This document shows positions 18,138-27,693 of a stretch of DNA of 64,000 bases, piece after piece. How positions within the stretch are numbered: position 1 is the stretch's first letter; every line of letters starts with the position of its first letter. The notes beneath the pieces are model-generated. The model saw only the letters and a list, made by a program, of their open reading frames with translations. It had not been told where the DNA came from and searched no databases. Location: contig CAXXQS010000002.1 of NCBI GenBank assembly GCA_963674735.2, forward strand, positions 2,080,001 through 2,144,000, in the 5' to 3' direction. This DNA comes from Myxococcota bacterium. GTDB taxonomy: Bacteria; Myxococcota_A; SURF-8. The translations under genes and the position numbers were made by a program.

Positions 18138-18521
18138 ATGGAAGCAAGCAAGAAAGTCCTGCTGGTGGATGACGATCCGGATTTCGTGGAAGCGGTCAAA
18201 GTGTTGGTGGTCAAAGCGGGTTACGATGTGGACGTGGCTTACGACGGCAAGGAAGGTCTGGAAAAGATGGACGAGTTCCACCCCGATCTGGTGGTGCTGG
18301 ACGTGATGATGCCGGTGATGGACGGCCATGGGATGTGCGAGGCGCTAAAAAAGAACCCCGCTACGGCCAAAATTCCGGTGATTCTGCTCACGGCCGTGGC
18401 CGATCACGTGACGTCGAGCACCTACACGCATCGGGACATGCTGGAAAGCGACGCGGAAGATTACATTCCCAAGCCGGTCGAGCCGCAGGAGCTGCTGCAG
18501 CGCATTCAACACTGGCTATAG
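18138..18521 (+). CDS. Single-domain response regulator
   Basis: VLLVDDD, LVVLDVMMP, ILLTA, YIPKP. RBS AGGAGG. No output domain. Confidence 0.9.
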   Translation: MEASKKVLLVDDDPDFVEAVKVLVVKAGYDVDVAYDGKEGLEKMDEFHPDLVVLDVMMPVMDGHGMCEALKKNPATAKIPVILLTAVADHVTSSTYTHRDMLESDAEDYIPKPVEPQELLQRIQHWL

Positions 18522-18581
18522 GCAACAATGGGCAAGGGCGTCCGCCTCCGGCGGGCGTCGCGCCCGATGAGGAGCGCCACC

Positions 18582-20090
18582 ATGGGGGCCACAGCAGAGG
18601 TGTTGATCATCGATGACGAACAGGTCATCCGCGACGGCTGTGAACGCGCGCTGTCGTCGGAGGGCTACGCCGTCACCCAGGCCGACGGGGGAAAGCCGGG
18701 GATTCGCTTGCTGGGCGAGCGCGATTTCGATGTGGTATTGCTCGATCTCATGATGCCGGGTATCGACGGCTTCGAGGTGCTGGGGTGGATTCAGAAAAAC
18801 CGTCCGCAGCTTCCGGTGGTGGTCATTACCGGTTTCGCCACGGTGGCGAAGGCCGTCAGCGCCATGAAACAGGGCGCCTTCGACTTCGTCGGCAAGCCGT
18901 TCACCCCCGATTACATCCGCATCGTCGTCCGGCGCGCCATCGAAAAACAGCGTCTGGCGGCGGAAGCCGAGGCCTTGAAAAAGGCTCGCGCGCGTGATCT
19001 GCTGGCTATCGCCGAGGAACAAAGCCGCCTGAAAACGGTTTTCCAGTGCATGATGGAAAGCGTGCTGATCACCAACCGCGACGGCGTGGTGGTGCACCAC
19101 AACCCGGCCGCCGTGAACGTTTTGCAATTGCAGAGCGATCCGGTGATCGGCAAACCGTTGTCGGCTTCGGTGGACGATCCGAAACTGCTGAACATGGTGC
19201 GCGAAGCGGTGGACGAGGCCAAAGGCGTGACGCGGGAATTCGCCCCCGGATCCATTTCGCGCTTGTGGTTGCAGGCGCACTGCTCGCCGATTCTGGACGC
19301 CGATGGCGAGCCCTTGGGATCGGTGACCGTCTTCGAAGACATCACCACCCGGAAACAGATCGACCAGCAGAAGTCGGAATTCGTCGCGATGGTGGTGCAT
19401 GAACTGCGTGCGCCGCTGGCGTCGGTGGAGCAGATGATCTACGCCATGGGCGCCAGCTGCGATCGCATCGTCGGCTCGCCCTGCGAAAACCTGCACGAAC
19501 GCATGACCGCCCGTACGCGCGAGCTTCTGCAACTCATCGCCAACCTGCTCAATTTGTCGCGGCTGGAGTCGGAATCGCTGGTCGTTGCACGCGAGCCGAT
19601 GTGTGGCGACGAGATCTTAAAAAACGTGGTGGAGGTGCTCAAGCCGCAGGCGGAAAAAAAGAACATCGAGTTGGCTTTCGAGAGCGCGCCTTCAGCCTGG
19701 TGGTTCAACGGCGATTACGCCTACATCCGCAGCGCGTTTATGAATGTCGTGGGCAATGCCGTCAAGTACACCCCGGAAAACGGGCAGGTGGAAGTCCGGT
19801 CGCAGATGGCGGGCGGACTGGTGAACGTGTGCATCTCCGACAGCGGCATCGGGATTGGGGCGGATGATCTGGCGCATATCTTCGACCGCTTCTACCGGGT
19901 CTCCACGGCGGCCACGCGCCGCATCACCGGGTCGGGATTGGGGTTGTCGGTGGTGAAAAAAGTCGTCGAGGCGCATAACGGTTTCATCGACGTCCGGTCG
20001 GAACCGGGGCTGGGAACGACGTTCACCCTGAGTTTTCCCATGGTCGATCCCCCTCAAAACGGGAACACTCCGACAGCCGCAGGCGCGTAA
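18582..20090 (+). CDS. Hybrid REC-PAS-histidine kinase
   Basis: N-terminal REC (IIDDE, LLDLMMP, VITG, GKPF), PAS, VHELRAP H-box, NAVKY, DSGIGI, FDRFYR, GSGLGL. Confidence 0.9.
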   Translation: MGATAEVLIIDDEQVIRDGCERALSSEGYAVTQADGGKPGIRLLGERDFDVVLLDLMMPGIDGFEVLGWIQKNRPQLPVVVITGFATVAKAVSAMKQGAFDFVGKPFTPDYIRIVVRRAIEKQRLAAEAEALKKARARDLLAIAEEQSRLKTVFQCMMESVLITNRDGVVVHHNPAAVNVLQLQSDPVIGKPLSASVDDPKLLNMVREAVDEAKGVTREFAPGSISRLWLQAHCSPILDADGEPLGSVTVFEDITTRKQIDQQKSEFVAMVVHELRAPLASVEQMIYAMGASCDRIVGSPCENLHERMTARTRELLQLIANLLNLSRLESESLVVAREPMCGDEILKNVVEVLKPQAEKKNIELAFESAPSAWWFNGDYAYIRSAFMNVVGNAVKYTPENGQVEVRSQMAGGLVNVCISDSGIGIGADDLAHIFDRFYRVSTAATRRITGSGLGLSVVKKVVEAHNGFIDVRSEPGLGTTFTLSFPMVDPPQNGNTPTAAGA

Positions 20091-20099
20091 GCCCGCCGG

Positions 20100-21149
20100 T
20101 CAGATCCAGCGTTCGAGGCAGGCGCGATAAGCGGTGGTCACCACCGGCAGTCCGGCACGGCTCGCCACGGCCGTGCGTCGCCGTTCCATTTCCTCCGCCG
20201 AATCGGTGGGATCGTCGATCACGTTTTCCACGCGTTCCATCAGGCGTTGCAGGGATTTCTCGATGTTGAGGTGGGGCTTGCTTCGTTGCAGGCCCGGCAG
20301 GTCGTCTTCGGCCAAGGCACCGTCGATGTCGAATGCGACGACGAAGGCCCCGGCGGCGAGGGCTTCCCAAACCAGCGGACCGAGAATCCCGCGTCGTTGG
20401 GCGAGCAGGACGCAACGCGTCTCACCGAACAGCGCCGCGCGGGCGGCGGGGCCGGGGTCGGGAAGTCGAGCGGTTGTCCCCAGTTGCTTGTCGGGCAGGC
20501 GTTCCTGAGGACCGAACAGGGTCAGCGGCAGATCGGGCCAGCGTTTGGCGCAGACATCCAGCAGCAAGCGTAGCAGGTTGATATCGGTTTGATCCCAACC
20601 GCCGAGAACCAGACCGCGCCGTTGCCCGATCGGTTTTCGCGGTTTGAAGACCTCCAGATTCACCGGCGCAGGCACAATCGCCAGACGCTCCGACGGCAGG
20701 TAATGTGCCAAAAAGTCATGTTGAGCGGGACTTGTGGCCACGGCTCCGCAAAGCTCGCTCAAAAAGCGGCGGAACGGCCAGGCCGATTCCAGCACTTCGG
20801 GTGAATGCTGAAAGGTCGCCAGCCAGCGGCGCCCGTTGAACGAAGAGCCGGAAAAGGCATCGCCGTAAAGACACCACCACAGGGTGTTCGTCGGCGTGAG
20901 CGGGTCGAGCCGGGCCAGCCATTCCTGCCGGAAAAGCGCTCCCTGACAGAAACGATTGCCGGAACGATCCGCCAGATTGTCGAAACCGTTCATGGACAAG
21001 CGTCCGGCGCTGCGCCGCCAGAGAGGAGCGTTGCAGGCCTGGTTCGCCAGGGCGAAGGCTTCCAGATCGGCCATATGTCCGCCATAAGGATGTTCGGCCG
21101 GTGGCGCAAAACAACGGGTGGGCGGGCCGCTTGGTAAGGACAGGATCAT
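20100..21149 (-). CDS. Glycosyltransferase family 4-like protein (degenerate)
   Basis: N-terminal YGG, IVPAPVNLEVF, C-terminal GILGPLVWEALAAGAFVV resembling the GT4 EGFGxxxLEAMAxGxPVV motif. Confidence 0.6.
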   Translation of the reverse strand: MILSLPSGPPTRCFAPPAEHPYGGHMADLEAFALANQACNAPLWRRSAGRLSMNGFDNLADRSGNRFCQGALFRQEWLARLDPLTPTNTLWWCLYGDAFSGSSFNGRRWLATFQHSPEVLESAWPFRRFLSELCGAVATSPAQHDFLAHYLPSERLAIVPAPVNLEVFKPRKPIGQRRGLVLGGWDQTDINLLRLLLDVCAKRWPDLPLTLFGPQERLPDKQLGTTARLPDPGPAARAALFGETRCVLLAQRRGILGPLVWEALAAGAFVVAFDIDGALAEDDLPGLQRSKPHLNIEKSLQRLMERVENVIDDPTDSAEEMERRRTAVASRAGLPVVTTAYRACLERWI

Positions 21150-22240
21150 CGCGGCCTCTTTTCGAAGCTGCGCCGACGATCGCGTCTGGCCAGGCTACCG
21201 CGCAGGCGTTCGACCAGCGAACGGCGCGTCATCTCGACCAGCGAGGCCATTCCGATGGGCTTCGGAATTTGGGGAAGCAATCCGAAGGCGGTCGCGATTG
21301 CGGGGTCTTCCCAGTCGCTGTGGCGGTTGGGATAGCGGACGCCGTTGGAAGTGGTCACCACGCCCCCAGCTTCCAGAAAATGGCGCAGCGGATTTCCCGT
21401 GGGGCTTTCGAAACCGAACGACGGCAGGGCGAGCGCCATTTCCACATTGGGCAGCCAGTCCAAAGGGTAAGGTCTGGGTTTTGAATACAGTTCGACCGGG
21501 GGCGCAAAGACGTTGCCGAGCTTGGGGACGCTCTGCCGCGGGGTAGCGGAGACGCTGCCATCGGAATACACGGTTATGAAACGTCCGCCCGCCCAGGAGG
21601 GCAGACCCTTGACCGCCGGATCGGCGAAAAAGGCGCGTAACGTGGTGTCGGCGGCGAAACGCCATAACAACGTTTCCGATCGAAACGAGGACATCCGGTC
21701 CCAGGTGGCCAGACGTTCGGGGAAAATTCCCAGGGGAAAGCCGATATCGGCGAAGGTCTCGACCAGTTCGGCGAGACGGGGTTGGTCTTCCCGTTGCGGC
21801 GCCCACATCAAGGTGGCTTCCACCCCGCTATGGCGCAACTCGATCAGCCGTTCCAGCACCCAGGGTAGGTTTTCGGATATCGGTTTGTAAACCACGGTCA
21901 GATCGCAACGTTCGGGGATCAGGGGAACGCGACGCACAAAGGCTTGCTGCACGCCGTCGAACAGGGTGGAGACGACCAAATGAAAATGGGGATGATCGGA
22001 CAGGATGTCGATCAGGGTCAGCAGAGCGGGGTGATCGAGTTCGATGGGCTTTTGCAATTGCAGGCTGATGGGCCGTGGACCGAAAGCCCGTTCGAACGCG
22101 TCGATCCAGCGGCGGACGTCCTCCTCCCAGTTTGCGGCATCTTTTCCCGGCCAACGCCAGTCGATCCATAAACGCGGCATGGATGCCGGCTCGGCGGATG
22201 TTGATGAATTGGCGGAATCGGATTCGAGGTGTTCCGGCAC
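21146..22240 (-). CDS. Hypothetical protein with radical-SAM/SPASM-like pattern lacking cysteines
   Basis: KGLPSWAGGRFITVYSDGSVSAT...LGNVF...PRPYP follows the SPASM/twitch pattern with Cys replaced. GTG start with RBS; ATGA overlap with the downstream gene. Confidence 0.55.
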   Translation of the reverse strand: MPEHLESDSANSSTSAEPASMPRLWIDWRWPGKDAANWEEDVRRWIDAFERAFGPRPISLQLQKPIELDHPALLTLIDILSDHPHFHLVVSTLFDGVQQAFVRRVPLIPERCDLTVVYKPISENLPWVLERLIELRHSGVEATLMWAPQREDQPRLAELVETFADIGFPLGIFPERLATWDRMSSFRSETLLWRFAADTTLRAFFADPAVKGLPSWAGGRFITVYSDGSVSATPRQSVPKLGNVFAPPVELYSKPRPYPLDWLPNVEMALALPSFGFESPTGNPLRHFLEAGGVVTTSNGVRYPNRHSDWEDPAIATAFGLLPQIPKPIGMASLVEMTRRSLVERLRGSLARRDRRRSFEKRPR

Positions 22241-22261
22241 CGGTGAACTCCCTTGGGATCG

Positions 22262-23731
22262 TCAGCCGAGCAACGACCGGTAGGTGTCGAGGTAGTGGCT
22301 GGCGGTGTGATCCCAGGTGAAACTCTGCTCCATCGCACGTTTGGTAATGCGCTTGAACATCTTTTTGTTTTTGTAAAACGAGACGGCGCGCCAGACGGTT
22401 TTGAGCAGTTCCGTGGAATCGTAGGTGGAAAAGCGAAAACCCCAGCCATCGCTGCCGGTTTCGTCCACATCCTTGACGCTATCGGCCAGTCCGCCGGTGG
22501 CACGCACGATGGGAACCGCGCCGTAGCGCATGGCGTACATCTGGTGGGTGCCGCAGGGTTCGAAGCGACTCGGCATCAGCAGAAAGTCGGATCCGGCCAT
22601 AATCGTGTGAGCGATGCGATTCGACTCGATCAGGTTCAGGCCGAACTTGTGCGGGAAGCGCATCTTGATGCTTTCGAACAGCTTATGGTATTTCGGATCG
22701 CCGGTGCCCATCATCACCAGAGTCAGATCGAAGGACATCAGCTTGTCGAATACCGGGCGCAACAGATCGAAGCCCTGGCTGTCGGTCAGACGGGTGATCA
22801 TGCCGATGGTGGGAATGTCCAGATTCGAGGAATCGAGGCCGTTGCGCGCCAGCAGTTCCTTTTTGCAGGCCCGTTTGCCGGTCATGTTGGCCGGGCTGAA
22901 GTTTTCGACGATCAGCTCGTCGCTTTTCGGTTCCCAGGCGCTGTAATCGACGCCGTTGAGGATGCCGATGTAGTCGTCGCCGCGACCGGCGAGTTCGGGT
23001 TGCAAGCCATACCCCTGTTCGGGATCGCTGCGGGTTTCCTCCGCGTACTGCGTGCTGACGGTCACCACCTTGTCGGCGAACAAAACCCCGGCCTTGAGAT
23101 AATTGAGGCGGCTGTTGCGCCGGTAGGGGCCGTCGGGCTCGAAAAGCGACGGTGACAAGCCGATGGTGTCGGCAAACGTTTCTTCGCAATCTCCCTGAAA
23201 CGCCACATTGTGCATGGTCAGCAGGGTCTTGGACTGCTCCAGCGCCGTCGCGTCACCCAAGCCGGATTTGAGCATGGCGGGTAAAAGGGCAGTGTGGTGA
23301 TCGTTGACGTGCAGCAGATCGAAAGCCGGTTTCACTTGAGCGGCCCAACCGATAACCGCTTTTTGGAAAAAAGCGAAGCGCCGGGGGTTGTCGGCGAAAC
23401 CGATACCGTTCGAGGGATTGGTGTAAATGCCGTCGCGACCGAAGAAAGTGTCGTTTTCAATAAAGATAACGGGAACATCGGTGCCGGGCAGGGTGGCGTA
23501 GTGGAAGCGTGCGGGGTGGGTTTCGTGGCCGAGGCGCACCTCCGTCTTCGCCGGGTATTCGCAGGGGTTGATTTCCGTTACCTTGCGGTTTATCTGGCGA
23601 TAAAGCGGTGTGATAATGGTGACATCCAGTCCTTCACGACGCAAGGCGGCCGGGACGCGGGCGGAAAACTCGGCCAGGCCGCCAACATGCGAGAAGGGGA
23701 TTAACTCGGCTGTACAAAACAGAATTCTCAC
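22262..23731 (-). CDS. glgA: Glycogen/starch synthase (GT5)
   Basis: VGGLA, HVNDHHT, TMHNVAFQG, TVSTQYA, GILNGVD, MPSRFEPCG, GAVPIVRATGGLAD. Confidence 0.85.
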   Translation of the reverse strand: MRILFCTAELIPFSHVGGLAEFSARVPAALRREGLDVTIITPLYRQINRKVTEINPCEYPAKTEVRLGHETHPARFHYATLPGTDVPVIFIENDTFFGRDGIYTNPSNGIGFADNPRRFAFFQKAVIGWAAQVKPAFDLLHVNDHHTALLPAMLKSGLGDATALEQSKTLLTMHNVAFQGDCEETFADTIGLSPSLFEPDGPYRRNSRLNYLKAGVLFADKVVTVSTQYAEETRSDPEQGYGLQPELAGRGDDYIGILNGVDYSAWEPKSDELIVENFSPANMTGKRACKKELLARNGLDSSNLDIPTIGMITRLTDSQGFDLLRPVFDKLMSFDLTLVMMGTGDPKYHKLFESIKMRFPHKFGLNLIESNRIAHTIMAGSDFLLMPSRFEPCGTHQMYAMRYGAVPIVRATGGLADSVKDVDETGSDGWGFRFSTYDSTELLKTVWRAVSFYKNKKMFKRITKRAMEQSFTWDHTASHYLDTYRSLLG

Positions 23732-23755
23732 TTTGCACTCCTTTGCGCCTGTCCG

Positions 23756-24790
23756 CTACAGGTGTTGGATGCGGACTTCCCGCAGGTATTGCGCGGCCGT
23801 CTCCGGCGCAACTGGATTGATGTGGAACCCCGTGCCCCATTCGAAACCGGCGATGCGGGTCAAACGGGGGAAAATTTCGAAATGCCAATGGAAATCCGCA
23901 TCGATTGTCTGCCAATAACCCCGCTTGGCTCCGGAAGCGGGATTCGGCGACGTGTGCAGAATCAGGTTGTAGGGCGGAGCGTTCAGCGCGACGCGCATGC
24001 GCTCGAGAATATCGCCCAGGGTTCGCGACAAGGCCCCCAAAAGCGTGTCTGTCGCCAGCCGGTAATCGTGTTGGTGTCGACGCGGGTAGACATGCATCTC
24101 GAAAGGCACGCGCGAGGCGTAGGGGCAGAAAGCCACGATCTGGTCGTCCATGGCCACGATCCGGCTACCGTCGCTGATCTCCTGTTCCACGACGTCGCAG
24201 TAAAGGCAGCGTTCTTTCTGGTCGTAGTGCTCGTAGGCGCTACGCAACTCGGTGGCGACGATGCGCGGCGTGATCGGGGTGGCGATGACCTGACTGTGCG
24301 GGTGGGGCAGGGTGGCTCCCGCCTGTTCTCCGAAATTGCGGAAAACCATCACGTAGCGCAGGCGTCGGTCGAGCATCAGATCCTGCACGCGCTCGCGGTA
24401 AACCTGCAGCAGTTGTCGGCGATGGTCCTGTGCCAGATCGGGTAGATCGTGATCGTGAGCGGGGGTTTCGATGATGACTTCGTGGGCGCCGATGCCGTTG
24501 ACGCGATCGTAAATTCCCACGGCTTTGGGATCCAACTCTCCTTCGACCTGCAGGGCCGGGTATTTGTTGGGCACCACTCGGATGCGCCAGTCCTGCCCGT
24601 TCTGTAACGGTCCATCGGGACCGAAAACGCGAATGGGTTTAGGGGTTTTCTCTTCATTGCCGGGACAGAAGGGGCAGAAGATCGTTTTTTTCGAAGGTGC
24701 GGATTCGTAGAGGTCTTGGGGTCGCCGTCCTCGCTCCGTTGCGATGATTACCCATTGTTTCTGGATCGGATCCAGCCGTAATTCCGGCAT
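23756..24790 (-). CDS. galT: Galactose-1-phosphate uridylyltransferase (GalT/HIT family)
   Basis: MPELRLDP, CPFCPGNE, VVPNKYPAL, GAHEVIIE, GATLPHPHSQ, HWHFEIFPR, AGFEWGTG. Confidence 0.9.
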   Translation of the reverse strand: MPELRLDPIQKQWVIIATERGRRPQDLYESAPSKKTIFCPFCPGNEEKTPKPIRVFGPDGPLQNGQDWRIRVVPNKYPALQVEGELDPKAVGIYDRVNGIGAHEVIIETPAHDHDLPDLAQDHRRQLLQVYRERVQDLMLDRRLRYVMVFRNFGEQAGATLPHPHSQVIATPITPRIVATELRSAYEHYDQKERCLYCDVVEQEISDGSRIVAMDDQIVAFCPYASRVPFEMHVYPRRHQHDYRLATDTLLGALSRTLGDILERMRVALNAPPYNLILHTSPNPASGAKRGYWQTIDADFHWHFEIFPRLTRIAGFEWGTGFHINPVAPETAAQYLREVRIQHL

Positions 24791-25029
24791 CCGGTTCCTC
24801 GCTTCCCCTCGATAGATTCAAACGGGTAGATGCTGTCGCCATCGGCTATGGCGGGTATCCACGTGATGATATCCCGCCTGACCGTGACCGTACAGACCCT
24901 TGCGTGCGTGTTGCAAGGGGCAATCACGTCCAGCGATGGATCGGCTTTCCCTTGCCCACCTATTATGCCATCCCGTCACGCGGTTGCAAGGAAAATTGCC
25001 GGTACATCCGTTAAAAACCGGTTTGGGCG

Positions 25030-25872
25030 CTACTTTTTCTTCGGTAGGTTTTCCCTGGTTTTCTGCTGCTGTTTCTTGAGTATTTCCTTAACCTTTTCGC
25101 GCTCGCCCTCCGGGGCTGTGCGCAGAAGGTTTTCCAGCATCTTGTGGCTGCGATCTTTGTCGACCGGTTTGCCTTTCACGATGTCGAATACCGGACGTAC
25201 CAGGGGGAATTTTCGTTGTTCCATGATCCGATTGGCCAGATCGATGGGATCGATGGCGGGGTCCACCACGCGGAACAGAGCCTTATCTGGCGGCAGACTG
25301 CGCACGAAGACCAGGGGAAAGCTTTCTTCGATTGCGGGGGCATCTTGTGGAGTGGGCGCGTGATCGAAGCTGATTTCCAGCAGGCCGTCCGGCACATACA
25401 GGTCTTTCAGCTTTTTCTCGTTGGTGTACATGTAAACCGGTCGGATATCGTCGATTTCGGGACGTGACTTCACGTACTTGGACAGGGCTTTCCATTTGGT
25501 CTGCGTGGCACCCGGCATCAGGCGCAACAGGTAGATGTTTTTCTCCACCAGAGCCGGGTCGATGACTTCCGATACCACGAGGCGAATGTTTTTATACATC
25601 TCCCTGCGTTGTTCTTTGGTGGGATTTTTTTCTCGGAAACACAGGCCGATGAAGCCCAGATCCTGCTGAAGCATCTGTTTGCCGTCTTCCGTGTGGAAGA
25701 AAACCTGGCGTCCCGGTTCCGTCTTTTTGGGTGCTTGCTGCGGGAGTGCAATGGGCATTTTGGAGGGATCGACCTGAGCGTAAGCCGGAAAACTGCTGAT
25801 GAACAGGGCGCAGGCCAGTAGACATACGACCCAGCTTGGAACGTGGTTGGTTATCGTTGAGGGTTGCACCAT
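25030..25872 (-). CDS. Hypothetical exported protein
   Basis: Long ORF, RBS AAGGAG 8 nt before ATG 25872, signal-peptide-like segment ending AYA-Q. Confidence 0.65.
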   Translation of the reverse strand: MVQPSTITNHVPSWVVCLLACALFISSFPAYAQVDPSKMPIALPQQAPKKTEPGRQVFFHTEDGKQMLQQDLGFIGLCFREKNPTKEQRREMYKNIRLVVSEVIDPALVEKNIYLLRLMPGATQTKWKALSKYVKSRPEIDDIRPVYMYTNEKKLKDLYVPDGLLEISFDHAPTPQDAPAIEESFPLVFVRSLPPDKALFRVVDPAIDPIDLANRIMEQRKFPLVRPVFDIVKGKPVDKDRSHKMLENLLRTAPEGEREKVKEILKKQQQKTRENLPKKK

Positions 25873-25943
25873 CGCGATCACTCCTTATTTTCACCCTGGA
25901 ATAAGCTGTTCGGGAATCGCCGCGTGGACCGATCTCCCGACTA

Positions 25944-25972
25944 AATAAAACCCCCCTCGATCACGAGGGGGG
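25944..25972 (-). terminator. Intrinsic terminator
   Basis: CCCCCCTCG/CGAGGGGGG 9-bp stem followed by TTTTATTT on the minus strand. Confidence 0.75.
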
Positions 25973-26014
25973 TATCTCAGATAACAAGGGGCCGTAGGTG
26001 GATTATTCCTCGCT

Positions 26015-27364
26015 TTAGGCTTCAGTCTCGGCTTCGGCTTCATCCTCGACGGCTTCGGCTTCGGCTTCAACCTCGGCTTCGGCTTCAACCTCGACTTCAG
26101 CTTCAACCTCGACTTCAGCTTCGGCCTCGACTTCAACTTCGACCTCAGCCTCGACTTCGGCTTCCATCAGTTCGAGTTCGAGATCGCCGTCGGTCTCGCC
26201 ATCGACATCACCGTCTGTTTCACCATCGGTATCGCCGTCGACTCCTTCTTCCTGATAGTAGAAAGGTTCGTCGACGCACCAGCATTCCGTCGGACGGGGA
26301 TGGATCAGCTTGTCGGTGCCTTCGTCGCAGGTGTCGCCGCTGCCGCATTCATCGGCGCAGATGCTGTAAGCGCAGTAGCCGTCGGCGGCGCAGTAGCGGT
26401 TGGGGCCCCATTCGTCGGCCGGACAGTCGGAGACGTCCGTGCAGTCCGTGCTTTGGCCTTCGTTGTATTTCACGCAGGTGAGGCCGCGTTTGCAGTAATC
26501 GTACTGCGTCTCCGGGCCTTCGATGGCGTCGGCGGGGATCGGATTGCAGATGTCGCCCATTTCGGCGTCACCGGTAACGTCCGGCTCGAAGAAGCCCGCC
26601 ATGTAAGGACCGCAGTAGCAGCTACCCGAAACATCGCCGGGATACATGGGGAAGTCCACGCCGTCGAGTGTGGGGCATTCGCCGTTAAACAGGCAGGGCA
26701 CCACGCAGAAGGAGAAGCCGCACTCGCCGCCCGTGCACCAGCCCAGCTCGCCCAGCTCGGGGCCGTAGTTGCCTTCGAGGACACGCTGGCAGGCTTCGTT
26801 GGTTTCACAGGTGACACCGGTGAGGGTCAACGCGATGCAGGAATCACCGGGGTTGCAGGAGTAACCCGGCCACATACCCGAGAATTCACATTGCTTGCCC
26901 GGCAAGGACGCGGGATTGGTTTTCAGACACTTGGCCATCGGCTGGCAGTATTTCTGCTCGGCGTCGCCCATAGCGCTGCAGTAATAACCGTCGGGACAAT
27001 CGGCACCGGTGCTGCATTCGGCCAGGCAGAATTTGCCGTCGTTGCCGCTGAGGTCCGACACGTCCATGCAGGCTTCGCCTTCGCCGCAGTAGTACGAGGC
27101 ATAATCGTCATTGCAGGGGGCGCAACTGATTTTCTCGCAAGTGCCTGTTTCGGTGTTGCAGTAAAGACCTTGATCTTTGTAGCAAAGGTTATCGCAGTCT
27201 TCGACCGGATCGTCGCCGTCGACCGGCTGATCGCCGTCCGTGCTCGTATCATCGTCACCGTCGGGGATAAGATTGTCGTCATCACTGCCGCAACCGTAAA
27301 CGGTCATCGCGAGGACCGCGACCAACATCACCAGCAATCCCAATAAAGTCCAGCGCTTCCGCAT
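26015..27364 (-). CDS. Cys-rich acidic lipoprotein with DGD linkers and (EA/EV)n tail
   Basis: Lipoprotein signal MRKR...YGC, many short Cys-rich modules (C...CxxxxDCP), RBS AAGGAGG. Confidence 0.8.
   Translation of the reverse strand: MRKRWTLLGLLVMLVAVLAMTVYGCGSDDDNLIPDGDDDTSTDGDQPVDGDDPVEDCDNLCYKDQGLYCNTETGTCEKISCAPCNDDYASYYCGEGEACMDVSDLSGNDGKFCLAECSTGADCPDGYYCSAMGDAEQKYCQPMAKCLKTNPASLPGKQCEFSGMWPGYSCNPGDSCIALTLTGVTCETNEACQRVLEGNYGPELGELGWCTGGECGFSFCVVPCLFNGECPTLDGVDFPMYPGDVSGSCYCGPYMAGFFEPDVTGDAEMGDICNPIPADAIEGPETQYDYCKRGLTCVKYNEGQSTDCTDVSDCPADEWGPNRYCAADGYCAYSICADECGSGDTCDEGTDKLIHPRPTECWCVDEPFYYQEEGVDGDTDGETDGDVDGETDGDLELELMEAEVEAEVEVEVEAEAEVEVEAEVEVEAEAEVEAEAEAVEDEAEAETEA
26018..26165 (-). 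repeat. 6-bp coding repeat encoding alternating Glu-Ala/Glu-Val
   Basis: GGCTTC/ACTTC/ACCTC iterations on the + strand; protein EAEVEAEVEVEVEAEAEV... Confidence 0.85.
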
Positions 27365-27693
27365 TGTGATAGTCCTCCTTAGAGTCTCATCCGCCAGTTT
27401 GGAGTGATAGGGTAACTCGAGGTGGCAGACGCCATTGAACGTCGACCCACTCTATGTTCGCTCTTGTGGGTTGTCAAGCAATTTTAACGCTTCTTTAATG
27501 TCTTTGGGGTAATTGATCGCTCTGTCTGGAACGCGCCGAGGAGGGGGGGCCGGAGAAGCTTTGTGCGAAAAACTTGACAGACCCGGCCAGTACGCTAGGA
27601 TTAAACGATACGGACTCGTCGCCTCGAACGCCATGACTACCGATTCGGTGGGGGTGGCGGACCGACAACGGCTAATTTTAAGGAGTGATGTCT

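Noticed and set aside
25891-26136. Lys/Pro-rich repeat ORF (KPKPR...)
   Set aside because: Alternate frame of the EA/EV repeat of the lipoprotein gene; it also crosses that gene's terminator.
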